Of a stretch of 64,000 nt of DNA, positions 20,818-30,298 are shown one piece after another. Both the position numbers and the translations under genes were made by a program. Position 1 is the stretch's first letter; each line of letters starts with the position of its first letter. The notes below the pieces were generated by a model that worked only from the letters and a program-made list of their open reading frames with translations, was not told the DNA's origin and ran no database searches. This DNA is from a virus (Duplodnaviria > Heunggongvirae > Uroviricota > Caudoviricetes): IMG/VR virus record IMGVR_UViG_3300033076_000838, positions 47,836-111,835 of that record. One strand, given 5' to 3'.

Positions 20818-21472
20818 TTTAGTTGGGGTTTCATATAATGATGGAACATATGGTAGATACCGAAACTATGAAGATGCCATTGAAGGGTTTATGACTAATG
20901 TTATAACTCCTTTAAAAGAAGATGGACATGAAATTAAGTTTTACATTTATAGTTACGATAATATTAAACGATATGAAATTCTACGAGCATATGAACCTGT
21001 AGCTAAATTTGAATTTACACATCCTGCATATAATGGAATGGGTGGTGGTGATAAATTACCAAATGGTATGAAAACAATTTCAGAAGCATATATCAGTAGT
21101 TTATTTCAATTATTATACGAAGATTTGGATTTGGTAATATCGACTAGGTTTGATATAAATTTTCTAAAAAATCCATTCAAAGAATATCAATTTGATTTTA
21201 ATAAATTTAATTTCTTATGGAGAGAACCAGAATATACTCATTTACCAATCGTAAATGATACGTTTGTAGTATTCCCATATTCTATGTTAGATAATGTAAT
21301 TGATTCTATTAAAGAAATGGAATTCAATCCACCACATGGTGTAAATGTTGCAATGCATAATTGGTATTTACCGATGGTGAATGAGGTTGGTGAGGATAAT
21401 GTGCAATGGGTATGTGATGATTTTGTAAACGCAATTAGTAATGATTTATATAAATTAATGAGACATGGGTAA
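20801..21472 (+). CDS. Putative glycosyltransferase-like protein (RxD motif)
   Basis: 'DLVISTRFDI', 'VNDTF'; resembles the ORF at 18080. Confidence 0.45.
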   Translation: MKIGINLVGVSYNDGTYGRYRNYEDAIEGFMTNVITPLKEDGHEIKFYIYSYDNIKRYEILRAYEPVAKFEFTHPAYNGMGGGDKLPNGMKTISEAYISSLFQLLYEDLDLVISTRFDINFLKNPFKEYQFDFNKFNFLWREPEYTHLPIVNDTFVVFPYSMLDNVIDSIKEMEFNPPHGVNVAMHNWYLPMVNEVGEDNVQWVCDDFVNAISNDLYKLMRHG

Positions 21473-22232
21473 ATTGGTAAGTGGATATTTGTGGGCGTGG
21501 ACAAAAATAGATGCAGGATTAAAATCGGTAAATAGTTTAAAGAAATTTTATTCTGATAGTGATATTTTCATCAACGTAGATTACGATGGTGATGCTGATG
21601 GATATAAAAAAATATGTGATGAAAATGCATTTACATTCAGTAGAAATAATTTCCAATTGGGGTATTGTGGAAACTTTACAGGTCAAAATGTTGGCAGAGA
21701 ATGTTGGCCAAAAGAATATACATTTGAATGGGTGAGAGGTATTTATGAAGCCTGTTTAAAAACTGATTCAAAGTATATGTTATTATTGGAGGAGGATGAT
21801 TTTTTATTAAAACCATCTACTATTCTTACCGAAGATTTTTCAATGGCAATCCATCCAACTGACCCATCACCAATTGGTATTAGAAGACCGAATGGTATTC
21901 CAAATGCATTTACAAATTATATAATGAATAATGGTGGTCAACCTGCATCACCGGGATATGCAGCAGGAGGTGGAACATTTTTTAATAGAGAGGAATTCAT
22001 TACTGCATGGGAAACTCATAAAGATAAAATTTGGAGTGATTATGATGATTTAATGAGTCATAGTAAAATTATTGGTTGGGCAGATTATATTCTACAATTT
22101 ATTATGCAATTGGGTGGATATGAAATTATTCAAAACAACAAATTGGCAGAGCATTGGGAAGTGGGCGATAGATGGAATGAATTTGAAATCATCACAGGCA
22201 TGAAAGATAAAGAAATAATTAAATCGTTATAG
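21465..22232 (+). CDS. GT2-like glycosyltransferase
   Basis: 'YMLLLEEDD' motif, 'GGGTFF'. Confidence 0.55.
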   Translation: MGKLVSGYLWAWTKIDAGLKSVNSLKKFYSDSDIFINVDYDGDADGYKKICDENAFTFSRNNFQLGYCGNFTGQNVGRECWPKEYTFEWVRGIYEACLKTDSKYMLLLEEDDFLLKPSTILTEDFSMAIHPTDPSPIGIRRPNGIPNAFTNYIMNNGGQPASPGYAAGGGTFFNREEFITAWETHKDKIWSDYDDLMSHSKIIGWADYILQFIMQLGGYEIIQNNKLAEHWEVGDRWNEFEIITGMKDKEIIKSL

Positions 22233-22233
22233 A

Positions 22234-23043
22234 ATGAGTTACACAATAATGGGGTGTATAACCCAATACGGAGTAGATGATATTAGACCATATGTTGAAT
22301 CGATTAAGAAAAGTGGATTCGATGGTGGGAAGATAATGTTGGTTTATGATGTATCTGATGATGTTATAGAATATCTTAAAAGTAATGGTTGGGAAATATT
22401 CCAATCAGTTTTAACCGAGCATATCATATTACAAAGATTCAGAGATGCATATATAATTTTAACTCATTACAAACCCGAATCTAAATACGAATGGATTATT
22501 TGGACTGATGTTAAAGATGTGATATTCCAAAAGAATCCTATTGAGTGGATTGAAAACAATAAGAAATATGCACCAAGATTATTTGTATTTTCAGAATCAG
22601 TAAAATTGAAAGATGACCCGTGGGCTGTAGTGAATACTGGTACATCATTTCCATTACAATGGCAAATGGGATTGAGTGAAGAAATTAGTTATTGTGCAGG
22701 AACGATAGTTGGTGACAAACTATACATAAGAGATTTATTCTTACAAATTTATCATTGGGCTAAGACAACGGCTAATACAGGTCAACTATCTGACCAGGCA
22801 GCATTTAATGTTCTAATTCATTTAGAACAATTCATTTCTACAAAATTTGTTAAGCAAGAAGAAGGATTCGTAACACAATTAGGGACAGTTTGGGTAAAGA
22901 AGGATGAACTACCAATATTAGAACCAACTCCAATTTATAAAGATGGTAAATTTTATACACAAAGTGGGGAAGAATTTGTAATAGTTCATCAGTATGATAG
23001 AGACCCTCAAATTAAAAACGAAATAATCCAATTATATAAATGA
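22234..23043 (+). CDS. GT-A fold glycosyltransferase-like protein
   Basis: 'IIWTDVKDVIFQ', 'AGTIVG', 'DQAAFN', 'HQYDR'. Confidence 0.6.
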   Translation: MSYTIMGCITQYGVDDIRPYVESIKKSGFDGGKIMLVYDVSDDVIEYLKSNGWEIFQSVLTEHIILQRFRDAYIILTHYKPESKYEWIIWTDVKDVIFQKNPIEWIENNKKYAPRLFVFSESVKLKDDPWAVVNTGTSFPLQWQMGLSEEISYCAGTIVGDKLYIRDLFLQIYHWAKTTANTGQLSDQAAFNVLIHLEQFISTKFVKQEEGFVTQLGTVWVKKDELPILEPTPIYKDGKFYTQSGEEFVIVHQYDRDPQIKNEIIQLYK

Positions 23044-23933
23044 GAATCGTAATATCAATATTTACACTACCGCATGAAATTGATGAGTTAGAAAATACCC
23101 TAACACAACTTAGAAGAGCATCATATTATTTAGGTAATACGAATGAATGGGTGTTGGATGTAACAATGTGTCTTGCTGATGATATGGTAGATTGGAAACA
23201 ATCATCACTACCAAAACAATTCTTTATAGATAAAATGTTAAAATTATCTAACGGAGTAGATTGGTGTGCAAAATATTTTAAAGTAGAAGATTCAATTAAA
23301 GGTTGTGTATCACAAAGAAAACAAACATTAGAAACACATGACACTGCTGATTTTTACATTTGGTTAGATACTGATATTATATTTGATGAAAGAACTTTGG
23401 TGTATTTTGAAAATGTTTTACCAATAGTTTCACAACAAACTAATTATTCAATCGTAACACCGGAAATTGTAAAGATATGGGATACGACTTGGGATTGTTT
23501 GGTAAATGAAAATTATATTACCAAATCGTTAAATTATCATAAATCAAACGACCCATATAAAGATTCAGGTATTAAGGGTGATATTAGTTTAGAACCTATC
23601 AGTAACTCATTTCCAAATCAACCACGTTTTAAATTTGCAGGTGGTTGGTTTACTTGTATAAGTGGTGATTTATTACGAAGGGTAGGTATTCCACAATCAT
23701 TCAGTCATTATGGATATGAAGATACATTCGTAATGTGGGGTGCTGAGAAACTAATGAAAACAACTGATATAAACATTCAACAATATAAAATTAAAAACTT
23801 AGTTGTTTGTGAAAATTATAGATATAGAAACAACACACATTATATAAGTAATTTAAGTATAATGGATAGACGAGAAGAATTTAAGAAGATAGCAGAAGAA
23901 AACTTCAACGAAGAACTACAAAACCTCACTTAA
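23040..23933 (+). CDS. GT-A fold glycosyltransferase-like protein
   Basis: 'IWLDTDII' DxD, 'YGYEDTF'. Confidence 0.6.
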   Translation: MRIVISIFTLPHEIDELENTLTQLRRASYYLGNTNEWVLDVTMCLADDMVDWKQSSLPKQFFIDKMLKLSNGVDWCAKYFKVEDSIKGCVSQRKQTLETHDTADFYIWLDTDIIFDERTLVYFENVLPIVSQQTNYSIVTPEIVKIWDTTWDCLVNENYITKSLNYHKSNDPYKDSGIKGDISLEPISNSFPNQPRFKFAGGWFTCISGDLLRRVGIPQSFSHYGYEDTFVMWGAEKLMKTTDINIQQYKIKNLVVCENYRYRNNTHYISNLSIMDRREEFKKIAEENFNEELQNLT

Positions 23934-23950
23934 TAGTGGGGTTTTTTTAT
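23921..23950 (+). terminator. Intrinsic terminator ending the sugar island
   Basis: AAACCTCAC-TTAATA-GTGGGGTTT then T tract. Confidence 0.8.
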
Positions 23951-24017
23951 GTCCATTCATACTTATTATTGACTTTCGTCACAATTCGGTTTTAGAAATC
24001 ACGTTATTTTAATGAAG

Positions 24018-24046
24018 GTTACGCCTAAACTCACTTAGGAGGTAAC
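24018..24046 (+). promoter_or_regulatory. 5' leader hairpin containing a Shine-Dalgarno-like AGGAGG next to the ATG
   Basis: GTTAC/GTAAC and CCTAA/TTAGG stems with loop ACTCAC; ends 1 nt before ATG 24047. Confidence 0.5.
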
Positions 24047-24547
24047 ATGAAAATTGGTTTAAAATTTGCTAAAATTTTATTAGCGGGATTTTTTGCATTC
24101 ACAACTATGTCATTAAAGGCACAAGATTTACCACAAATTAGTGTGGGTGAAGTTGCAAACGATATTAAATTAGGAAGTTTAGCAGGAAATAAAAATCTTG
24201 CATTTGGTGTGAAAAACATCATAGAAGAAAGTTTGATGGATTTAGGCTATCCATTAGTAGAAGATTCTAAATTAAAAATCAAAGTTAGGTTATTGTTTTT
24301 TGATGTAACAAATGTGGGAACAAACATTAGTGTGTTTCATAAAGGTGTTGCAACAACTCAAATCATTGCATCTGCAGAATTGTGGGATGGTGATAAGCGT
24401 ATTAAGAAGACCGTTCAAAAAGGAGAGAGTGAAGAAATTTCAACCTCTACTTTGGTGATTGGAACTGATGGTAAGTTTAATCAACAAGCTACAAGTAATG
24501 CACTTAAAAAAGTATGTGAAAATATAATAAAGGATTTAACAAAATGA
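24047..24547 (+). CDS. Secreted CsgG/HfaB/TolB-N-like protein
   Basis: Signal peptide ending LKA-Q; alpha/beta pattern and 'KFNQ...ALKK' C-terminus shared with the ORF at 30621. Confidence 0.5.
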   Translation: MKIGLKFAKILLAGFFAFTTMSLKAQDLPQISVGEVANDIKLGSLAGNKNLAFGVKNIIEESLMDLGYPLVEDSKLKIKVRLLFFDVTNVGTNISVFHKGVATTQIIASAELWDGDKRIKKTVQKGESEEISTSTLVIGTDGKFNQQATSNALKKVCENIIKDLTK

Positions 24548-26196
24548 AAAAACTAATTTTATTTTTAGGGATATTTTTAATATCTCTTTCATCGTTTGGA
24601 CAATTGACAATCAGTCAATCCCTATCACCGAACTCTAATTTGAAAGTTGGTGATACTATTACTGTCTCTTACAATTTAACAAAAGGACAAGTAATCAAAA
24701 ACCCTCGTTATTTATGGTTTAGATACCAATATAACAACAAAGCATTAGCGTATGTATCCACTACATTTAATCAAGGAGCATCTGCACAAACATTCTACAC
24801 AGGTTGGAATAACTACAAATTCAACTTTAATGGTGGTGCAAGTGATAATGATTTGAATGTACAATATGGTTTAACCCCTTGGAATTATGTAGTGAATGCA
24901 GATTGGAACGTTGGACAATTGACAGTTCAAAGAGCCGATGCATCCATTAGCGGAACAATTGCTACACAAAAATATATTCTTAAAGACCAAAACACTTATA
25001 ATAATATTTTCAAATTAGATTTGGCAACTGGTACTGATACTGCTGGTGCAAATGTTGGAACTATTTATGGTGGTGGCTGGACATCTCTTTCAAGTGTAAC
25101 AGGTAACACATCTCAATTTAAGGTAAAAGTATTATTCCCACAAGGATATACAATTACCGACCATAGTGTTCAACTGATGAGATTACAATCAAATGGTAGC
25201 GGTATGATTGATTGGTCACAACAACCTATTGCACAATTACCATTAGATGCTAGTGGTGAAGCTCTTTTCACAACGCAAGTTAAGGTGGGTGATTCAGTTG
25301 GTGTATTTGTTGGACCAGCAATGCAAAAAGCATGGATGAATAATATAGTGACTGTGTCAGATGCATATAAAGCATTTTTAGGTCACTCACAAACTGATAT
25401 TAGTGGAACTGCGAATTTCTTTACTTTACCTACATTAGAAAAGAAAGTTGGTAAAGTAACTAATAATGCAAATCCATTTGGTGAAGGGGATTCATACGCT
25501 TTATTTGCACACGTGATGGGACAAAATATGGATTCAAACGCAATGATTCCTACAAACACCTCAACATCGGTAAGATGGTATAGTGGTTTATTGAATCAAA
25601 GTTGGTTAGATGGAGTTGTTAAGAATAGAGTTCTAATTACACAACCTATACAAGAAGTTTACGCAGTATTCGCATGGGGTGGTGACTTAAACTGGTCACA
25701 TTCATCAGACCCTGCTGTAATTGCTACTAAAATAACTGCTGGACAATATACAAATGCAGTTAGTGAAATAACAACAAATTCAGTAAAATCGATGAGTAGT
25801 GCTCCAATGGCATATCAAACCCTTGCAACTGAAATTGCCAAATTAGGTATTACATCTACATTAGAAGGTGGTAAAGTTGTATTAACTACTACTTTAACAA
25901 AAGAAGGTTTAGCAGGTTTACAGGTGATTATGAATTATGATGAATCTAAATTAACATTAGATAATATAATATTTGACTCGGGAGCAACTATAACTAATTT
26001 TTCAACTCATAAAGATGGTAGATTGACATTTGGTTCAATTGACCAATTAAAAACTGCGAGAATTAAAGCCGGAACACCATATAAGTTGATATTTACTCCT
26101 AAGACAACTTTAACAAATACTGCAGGATTATTCTATTTTGTTCTTTCGGATGCGGTAGATGCAAGTGGAAATAAAGTTGATTTAATAATTGAATAA
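24544..26196 (+). CDS. Secreted protein with cohesin-like domains and degenerate dockerin-like segment
   Basis: Signal peptide SFG-Q; C-terminal 'LAGLQVIMNYDESKL...SDAVDASG' cohesin pattern; 'IVTVSDAYKAF'; 'WGGDLNWSHS' shared with 26189. Confidence 0.65.
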   Translation: MKKLILFLGIFLISLSSFGQLTISQSLSPNSNLKVGDTITVSYNLTKGQVIKNPRYLWFRYQYNNKALAYVSTTFNQGASAQTFYTGWNNYKFNFNGGASDNDLNVQYGLTPWNYVVNADWNVGQLTVQRADASISGTIATQKYILKDQNTYNNIFKLDLATGTDTAGANVGTIYGGGWTSLSSVTGNTSQFKVKVLFPQGYTITDHSVQLMRLQSNGSGMIDWSQQPIAQLPLDASGEALFTTQVKVGDSVGVFVGPAMQKAWMNNIVTVSDAYKAFLGHSQTDISGTANFFTLPTLEKKVGKVTNNANPFGEGDSYALFAHVMGQNMDSNAMIPTNTSTSVRWYSGLLNQSWLDGVVKNRVLITQPIQEVYAVFAWGGDLNWSHSSDPAVIATKITAGQYTNAVSEITTNSVKSMSSAPMAYQTLATEIAKLGITSTLEGGKVVLTTTLTKEGLAGLQVIMNYDESKLTLDNIIFDSGATITNFSTHKDGRLTFGSIDQLKTARIKAGTPYKLIFTPKTTLTNTAGLFYFVLSDAVDASGNKVDLIIE

Positions 26197-28483
26197 TATG
26201 AAACGATTAATAGTTACATTCTTATTTATACTAACATCATTTTTAGGGTTCGGACAGAGTGTATCTGCTCCGGACTCTAAATCATTTATACCATCCACAA
26301 ATGGACAAGATGCAAGTGGATTTTCGGTAAATGGTTTTAGTTCAACCGATATATTACTAACATCAATCAGTTTAATAAATCCACCATCTGGTACAACATT
26401 TTATTTGAATACAACAACTGGTTTAACTCCAGCAAGTGGATTTACTTTAACGGGAAACAAAACTCGTTTAGTTGTAACAGGTACAATGTCAAATATCAAT
26501 ACTGCATTACAATCTCTAAAAATAAACACAGGTTCGGTAGTTGGAAATATACAATTATCGGTTGCTACCACAATTAATCCAGCAGGTTATTATTATAATG
26601 GTGTAAACGGCCACTTTTATAAACCCGTAACAACTGGAAACACTTATACAGGTGCAAGAGCTGCATCTTTATTAACAACATTCAAAGGTCAAACGGGATA
26701 TTTGGTAACAATCACATCATCTGATGAAGATGTGTTTATTTATAATAATGTTCCTCAATCACAAATATGGTTTGCATTAACTGATGAGGTAGTAGAAGGA
26801 CAATGGAGAATTGATGCCGGACCTGAAAAAGGAACTCTAATCAAAACATCAAACGGACAAACCGCTGGAAACATAGTGGGACAATATAATAACTGGGCAG
26901 GTGGTGAACCAAACAATAGTGGTAATGAAGATTATGCGGTAACAAAATGGAATGGTACGCAATGGAATGATTTACCTAATCAATATTATTGTCCTTATGT
27001 AATTGAATATGGAACTTGGAGTAATCCGGATGACCAAACTTTTACTGAATTTTATACCAATAGTGTTTCTCACTCAAATGGAGAAGTACTAAGTGCAAAA
27101 TTCAATGTTGATTTTGGCGGTAATGTAGATGAAACTAAATTTTCAGCAAGAGGATATACATACACAAACAATATGTGGAATTTAGTAAATCCAACTAATA
27201 AACAATTAAGTGGTTTAGGTAAAGTAGATTTGACAAGTGGATTAGATACAACTAAAATATCAAATGGAACATATAAAGCAGTAACAACTGTCGGACAAAC
27301 GGAATGGTGTGTTATATATTCATATGATGTAACAAACCAACGATATAGAATTGGTATAGATAGTAGAGAAGTGAATGGTATATTATCAGACCCAACTAAA
27401 ATTAGTAGTTTACAACTATTTGATTTATGGAATGGACCAGTAACATTTAATTCTTATGACCCAAATGGTTGGACAGAAGTTTATGTTTATACCCAAACTC
27501 AATTTAATTTCGCAGGTTCATCTTATACATCAAATATAAGAAATGGTGGTTCGTATTATGCACTAACTGCTGAATTTGGATTTACCCCAATTTCATCATA
27601 CAAACCACATGGAATTGAATTAGCATATGTAAACCAAACGGAATTAAACACTTTATATAGTAACATAGTTGGTGTATCCGATGTTTATTTGGCATTTAAG
27701 GAGTTGGCGGATGGTGGTATATTCGGAAATCAGAGTGGAATGGGATTGACAAAGGGTATTCAGTATATGAACGCAGATGTTGATAGAAATGGTGTATTCA
27801 ACGAAACTGATACATACAAATTATTACAACATTTGACAGGAATACAACCATTACCACAATATACTGCATTAGCTTATTTGATAAAATTATATAACAAAAC
27901 TGATTACGATAATATAACAACATCTAATTGGGGAACGCAATTTAATTATACTCGTGATTTGATGCCGTTTACATTAAGTGGATTAAATAACACATATAAT
28001 TTAAGTGTTAGTTGGTTAGGAGATGTAAATCTTTCACATTCAGCACAACCTTTGGTGAATGGTGTAGCAAGTAATTCAATTAGAACTATGAGTTTAACTA
28101 CTAACACAATTTCAAATCAAATTGATGCAACACTTATGAGTGAAAATGTTGGTGGTAATTTGATTGTAACAATTTCAGTAGACCCATTACAACAAGAATT
28201 AGTTGGAACACAATTTCAATTGAACTATGATAATACTGCATTACAATTTCAAAAAGTAGAATTTGTAACAAAAGGTAATCCAACTAATTTCGGAACGGAT
28301 AAAGGAACTTATATAAAATTAGGTTCGTTACTTACCGATGGAACAACTTTGGATAAAACAACTGAATATAAAATAACATTCGCACCTCTAATGGGATTAA
28401 GTAGTGTATTGGGTTTAACATCAATTTCAGCAACCGATGCAGTAAATAAGAATGGTACACAATTAAAAGTAAAGGTAAACTAA
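26189..28483 (+). CDS. Secreted protein: C-type lectin + dockerin-like + C-terminal cohesin-like domain
   Basis: Signal peptide GFG-Q; CTLD 'GYLVTITS...WAGGEPNN...QWNDL'; dockerin 'ADVDRNGVFNETDTYKLL'; cohesin 'LVGTQFQLNYDNTAL'. Confidence 0.8.
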   Translation: MNNMKRLIVTFLFILTSFLGFGQSVSAPDSKSFIPSTNGQDASGFSVNGFSSTDILLTSISLINPPSGTTFYLNTTTGLTPASGFTLTGNKTRLVVTGTMSNINTALQSLKINTGSVVGNIQLSVATTINPAGYYYNGVNGHFYKPVTTGNTYTGARAASLLTTFKGQTGYLVTITSSDEDVFIYNNVPQSQIWFALTDEVVEGQWRIDAGPEKGTLIKTSNGQTAGNIVGQYNNWAGGEPNNSGNEDYAVTKWNGTQWNDLPNQYYCPYVIEYGTWSNPDDQTFTEFYTNSVSHSNGEVLSAKFNVDFGGNVDETKFSARGYTYTNNMWNLVNPTNKQLSGLGKVDLTSGLDTTKISNGTYKAVTTVGQTEWCVIYSYDVTNQRYRIGIDSREVNGILSDPTKISSLQLFDLWNGPVTFNSYDPNGWTEVYVYTQTQFNFAGSSYTSNIRNGGSYYALTAEFGFTPISSYKPHGIELAYVNQTELNTLYSNIVGVSDVYLAFKELADGGIFGNQSGMGLTKGIQYMNADVDRNGVFNETDTYKLLQHLTGIQPLPQYTALAYLIKLYNKTDYDNITTSNWGTQFNYTRDLMPFTLSGLNNTYNLSVSWLGDVNLSHSAQPLVNGVASNSIRTMSLTTNTISNQIDATLMSENVGGNLIVTISVDPLQQELVGTQFQLNYDNTALQFQKVEFVTKGNPTNFGTDKGTYIKLGSLLTDGTTLDKTTEYKITFAPLMGLSSVLGLTSISATDAVNKNGTQLKVKVN

Positions 28484-28824
28484 TGAAAAAGATATTATTC
28501 ATATTTGTGATTTTACTATGGGGATGTACTAAACCAGATTTACCACTACCAAATCCACCTGTTGAAAAAATATTTAATGTTGGTGAAAGTAGTGTTACAA
28601 ATGGACAATCCATACACTTTGATTTACCATCTGCAGGAGTTTACACTTTAACTTTAATTGATAAAGAAAGTGGAAATGTTGTAAGTAGAGAAAGATTTAC
28701 TGGTCAATATGGTGAAAATGTAAAGAAAATATACACTAAATCAATATCAGTTAAATACTTATATTTGTTATTGGAAGATGTTACTAAAAAAGAAATAAGT
28801 AAAACAACAATAATAATCAATTAG
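28483..28824 (+). CDS. Lipoprotein with T9SS C-terminal-domain-like fold
   Basis: Lipobox LWGC; 'FDLPSAGVYTLTLIDKESGNVV...GENVKKI'. Confidence 0.55.
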   Translation: MKKILFIFVILLWGCTKPDLPLPNPPVEKIFNVGESSVTNGQSIHFDLPSAGVYTLTLIDKESGNVVSRERFTGQYGENVKKIYTKSISVKYLYLLLEDVTKKEISKTTIIIN

Positions 28825-28832
28825 GAGAACGA

Positions 28833-29204
28833 ATGAAAAAATTATTTGTATTGATATTTGCTACTACATTTTTAGTAGGATGTTATAAAGATGACATTTT
28901 ACCAGAACCACAAGCAGTATCCGAAGATTTGAAGATAGCAAATTCGGTAGGTATTAAATTACAAACACCATTTGTAACATCAGAAGTTGCAATGAACGTA
29001 AAAACTGAAACAGCAGGTTCGGTAACAATTAAGATATTTGATATTGCTAATAGAGTAGTATCAAAGGAAACTATGAATGTAGTAGCAGGAGATAATGTAC
29101 TTAAAGTATATACATCTGCATTACCATCATCTGCATATAGAATAGGATTATTCGATGCAAATGGTAGACAATTAGGAATAACTGATTTTAACAAAATACA
29201 ATAA
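28833..29204 (+). CDS. Lipoprotein with T9SS C-terminal-domain-like (Por secretion tail) fold
   Basis: Lipobox LVGC; 'VTIKIFDIANRVV...GDNVLKVYTSALPSSAYRIGL...FNKI'. Confidence 0.7.
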   Translation: MKKLFVLIFATTFLVGCYKDDILPEPQAVSEDLKIANSVGIKLQTPFVTSEVAMNVKTETAGSVTIKIFDIANRVVSKETMNVVAGDNVLKVYTSALPSSAYRIGLFDANGRQLGITDFNKIQ

Positions 29205-29223
29205 CAAAACGGAGAAAAATAAA

Positions 29224-29544
29224 ATGGCAGAAGAACAAGAACAAAGTACAGGTGGTTCATTAAAAAATGTAATCATCGGATTCGTATCAACAATTACGTT
29301 AGGATTGGGTACTTGGGTTACTACACAATTAACTGGTGGTGACAAAGAAGAAACACCAGTTCAACAAGCAGCACCGGTAATCAACATTCAAAATACACAA
29401 ACACAACAACAAAGTGCAGGTGGTAAGACAGTGATTATCAAAGAAAAAGCAGTTGGTGGTGGAAACACACAACCTGCACAAGCTCAACCTAAACCTAAGA
29501 AAAAAGAAGGTGATGAGTTCAAAGAAGAAGCACCAAAATGGTAA
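29224..29544 (+). CDS. Single-pass membrane protein with Gln/Thr-rich tail
   Basis: Hydrophobic 'VIIGFVSTITLGLGTWV' then low-complexity tail. Confidence 0.65.
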   Translation: MAEEQEQSTGGSLKNVIIGFVSTITLGLGTWVTTQLTGGDKEETPVQQAAPVINIQNTQTQQQSAGGKTVIIKEKAVGGGNTQPAQAQPKPKKKEGDEFKEEAPKW

Positions 29545-29635
29545 TATATGATTTGGTATAAAATAGGGGTTACAACATTTTTTATATTGTTTTTTATGTG
29601 GGCAATGAACCACGCATACAAAGAGGGAAAAAAAT

Positions 29636-30253
29636 ATGGCAGAAAATAATCAACCGCCAAGTGGTTTTAAAGAATTATTAAACGCAATGATGAAACGTAG
29701 ATGGTATATCACTGCGTTGGTATTGGGTTCGTTTATATTAATCATCGGAGGTATATTCGGTGCAATTACATCTAACACTTCAGCATCAGCAGAATGGAAA
29801 GAACTTTTATTATTGATGTTAGGTGCTTTCATCGGTTCTTATGGTAAGATTATTGATTACTGGTTTAGTGATACTGATAAAGATAAAATGTTAGTACAAA
29901 AAATGGATGAGGAAGATGGAGTATCATTAAGTAATACTGCGGATATGCCAGATACTCCAATAGTACCAACGAATGTTTCACCATTAGTATTACCAACAAC
30001 CGACCAAGTTACCGATGTAGTTACCGACCAAGTTGAAATTGTAGAAGCAAAGGTAGAAAAGAAAGGTACTGAAATCGATGAAGATGGGGATGGTGTAATG
30101 GATGGTTTAGACTTTGATGGTGATGGTAAGATTGATGAATACTTTGCACATAGACAATGTGAACACGTTTGGGGAGATTTAGATGGTGATGGTGTAGAAG
30201 AGTGTTTGAAATGTGGTAAGATTAAAGATGAAGATGCCGAACAGGTAGGATAA
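29636..30253 (+). CDS. Two-TM membrane protein with DxDxDG Ca-binding repeats and Cys/His motif
   Basis: Two hydrophobic helices; 'DEDGDG', 'DFDGDG', 'DLDGDG'; 'CEH...CLKC'. Confidence 0.7.
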   Translation: MAENNQPPSGFKELLNAMMKRRWYITALVLGSFILIIGGIFGAITSNTSASAEWKELLLLMLGAFIGSYGKIIDYWFSDTDKDKMLVQKMDEEDGVSLSNTADMPDTPIVPTNVSPLVLPTTDQVTDVVTDQVEIVEAKVEKKGTEIDEDGDGVMDGLDFDGDGKIDEYFAHRQCEHVWGDLDGDGVEECLKCGKIKDEDAEQVG

Positions 30254-30298
30254 TAATAAAGGTTACATAGTTTTAATTAAAAAAAAGGAAAAAAGACT

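Noticed and set aside
23970-24046. c-di-GMP-I riboswitch
   Set aside because: Only a GCCTAAAC resemblance; the GNRA-capped P1 with GGCAAACC/GGGACGC pattern is absent
26189-28483. Diversity-generating retroelement target (CLec fold)
   Set aside because: No reverse transcriptase or template/variable repeat pair in the window; the lectin is internal and has canonical EPN/WND motifs
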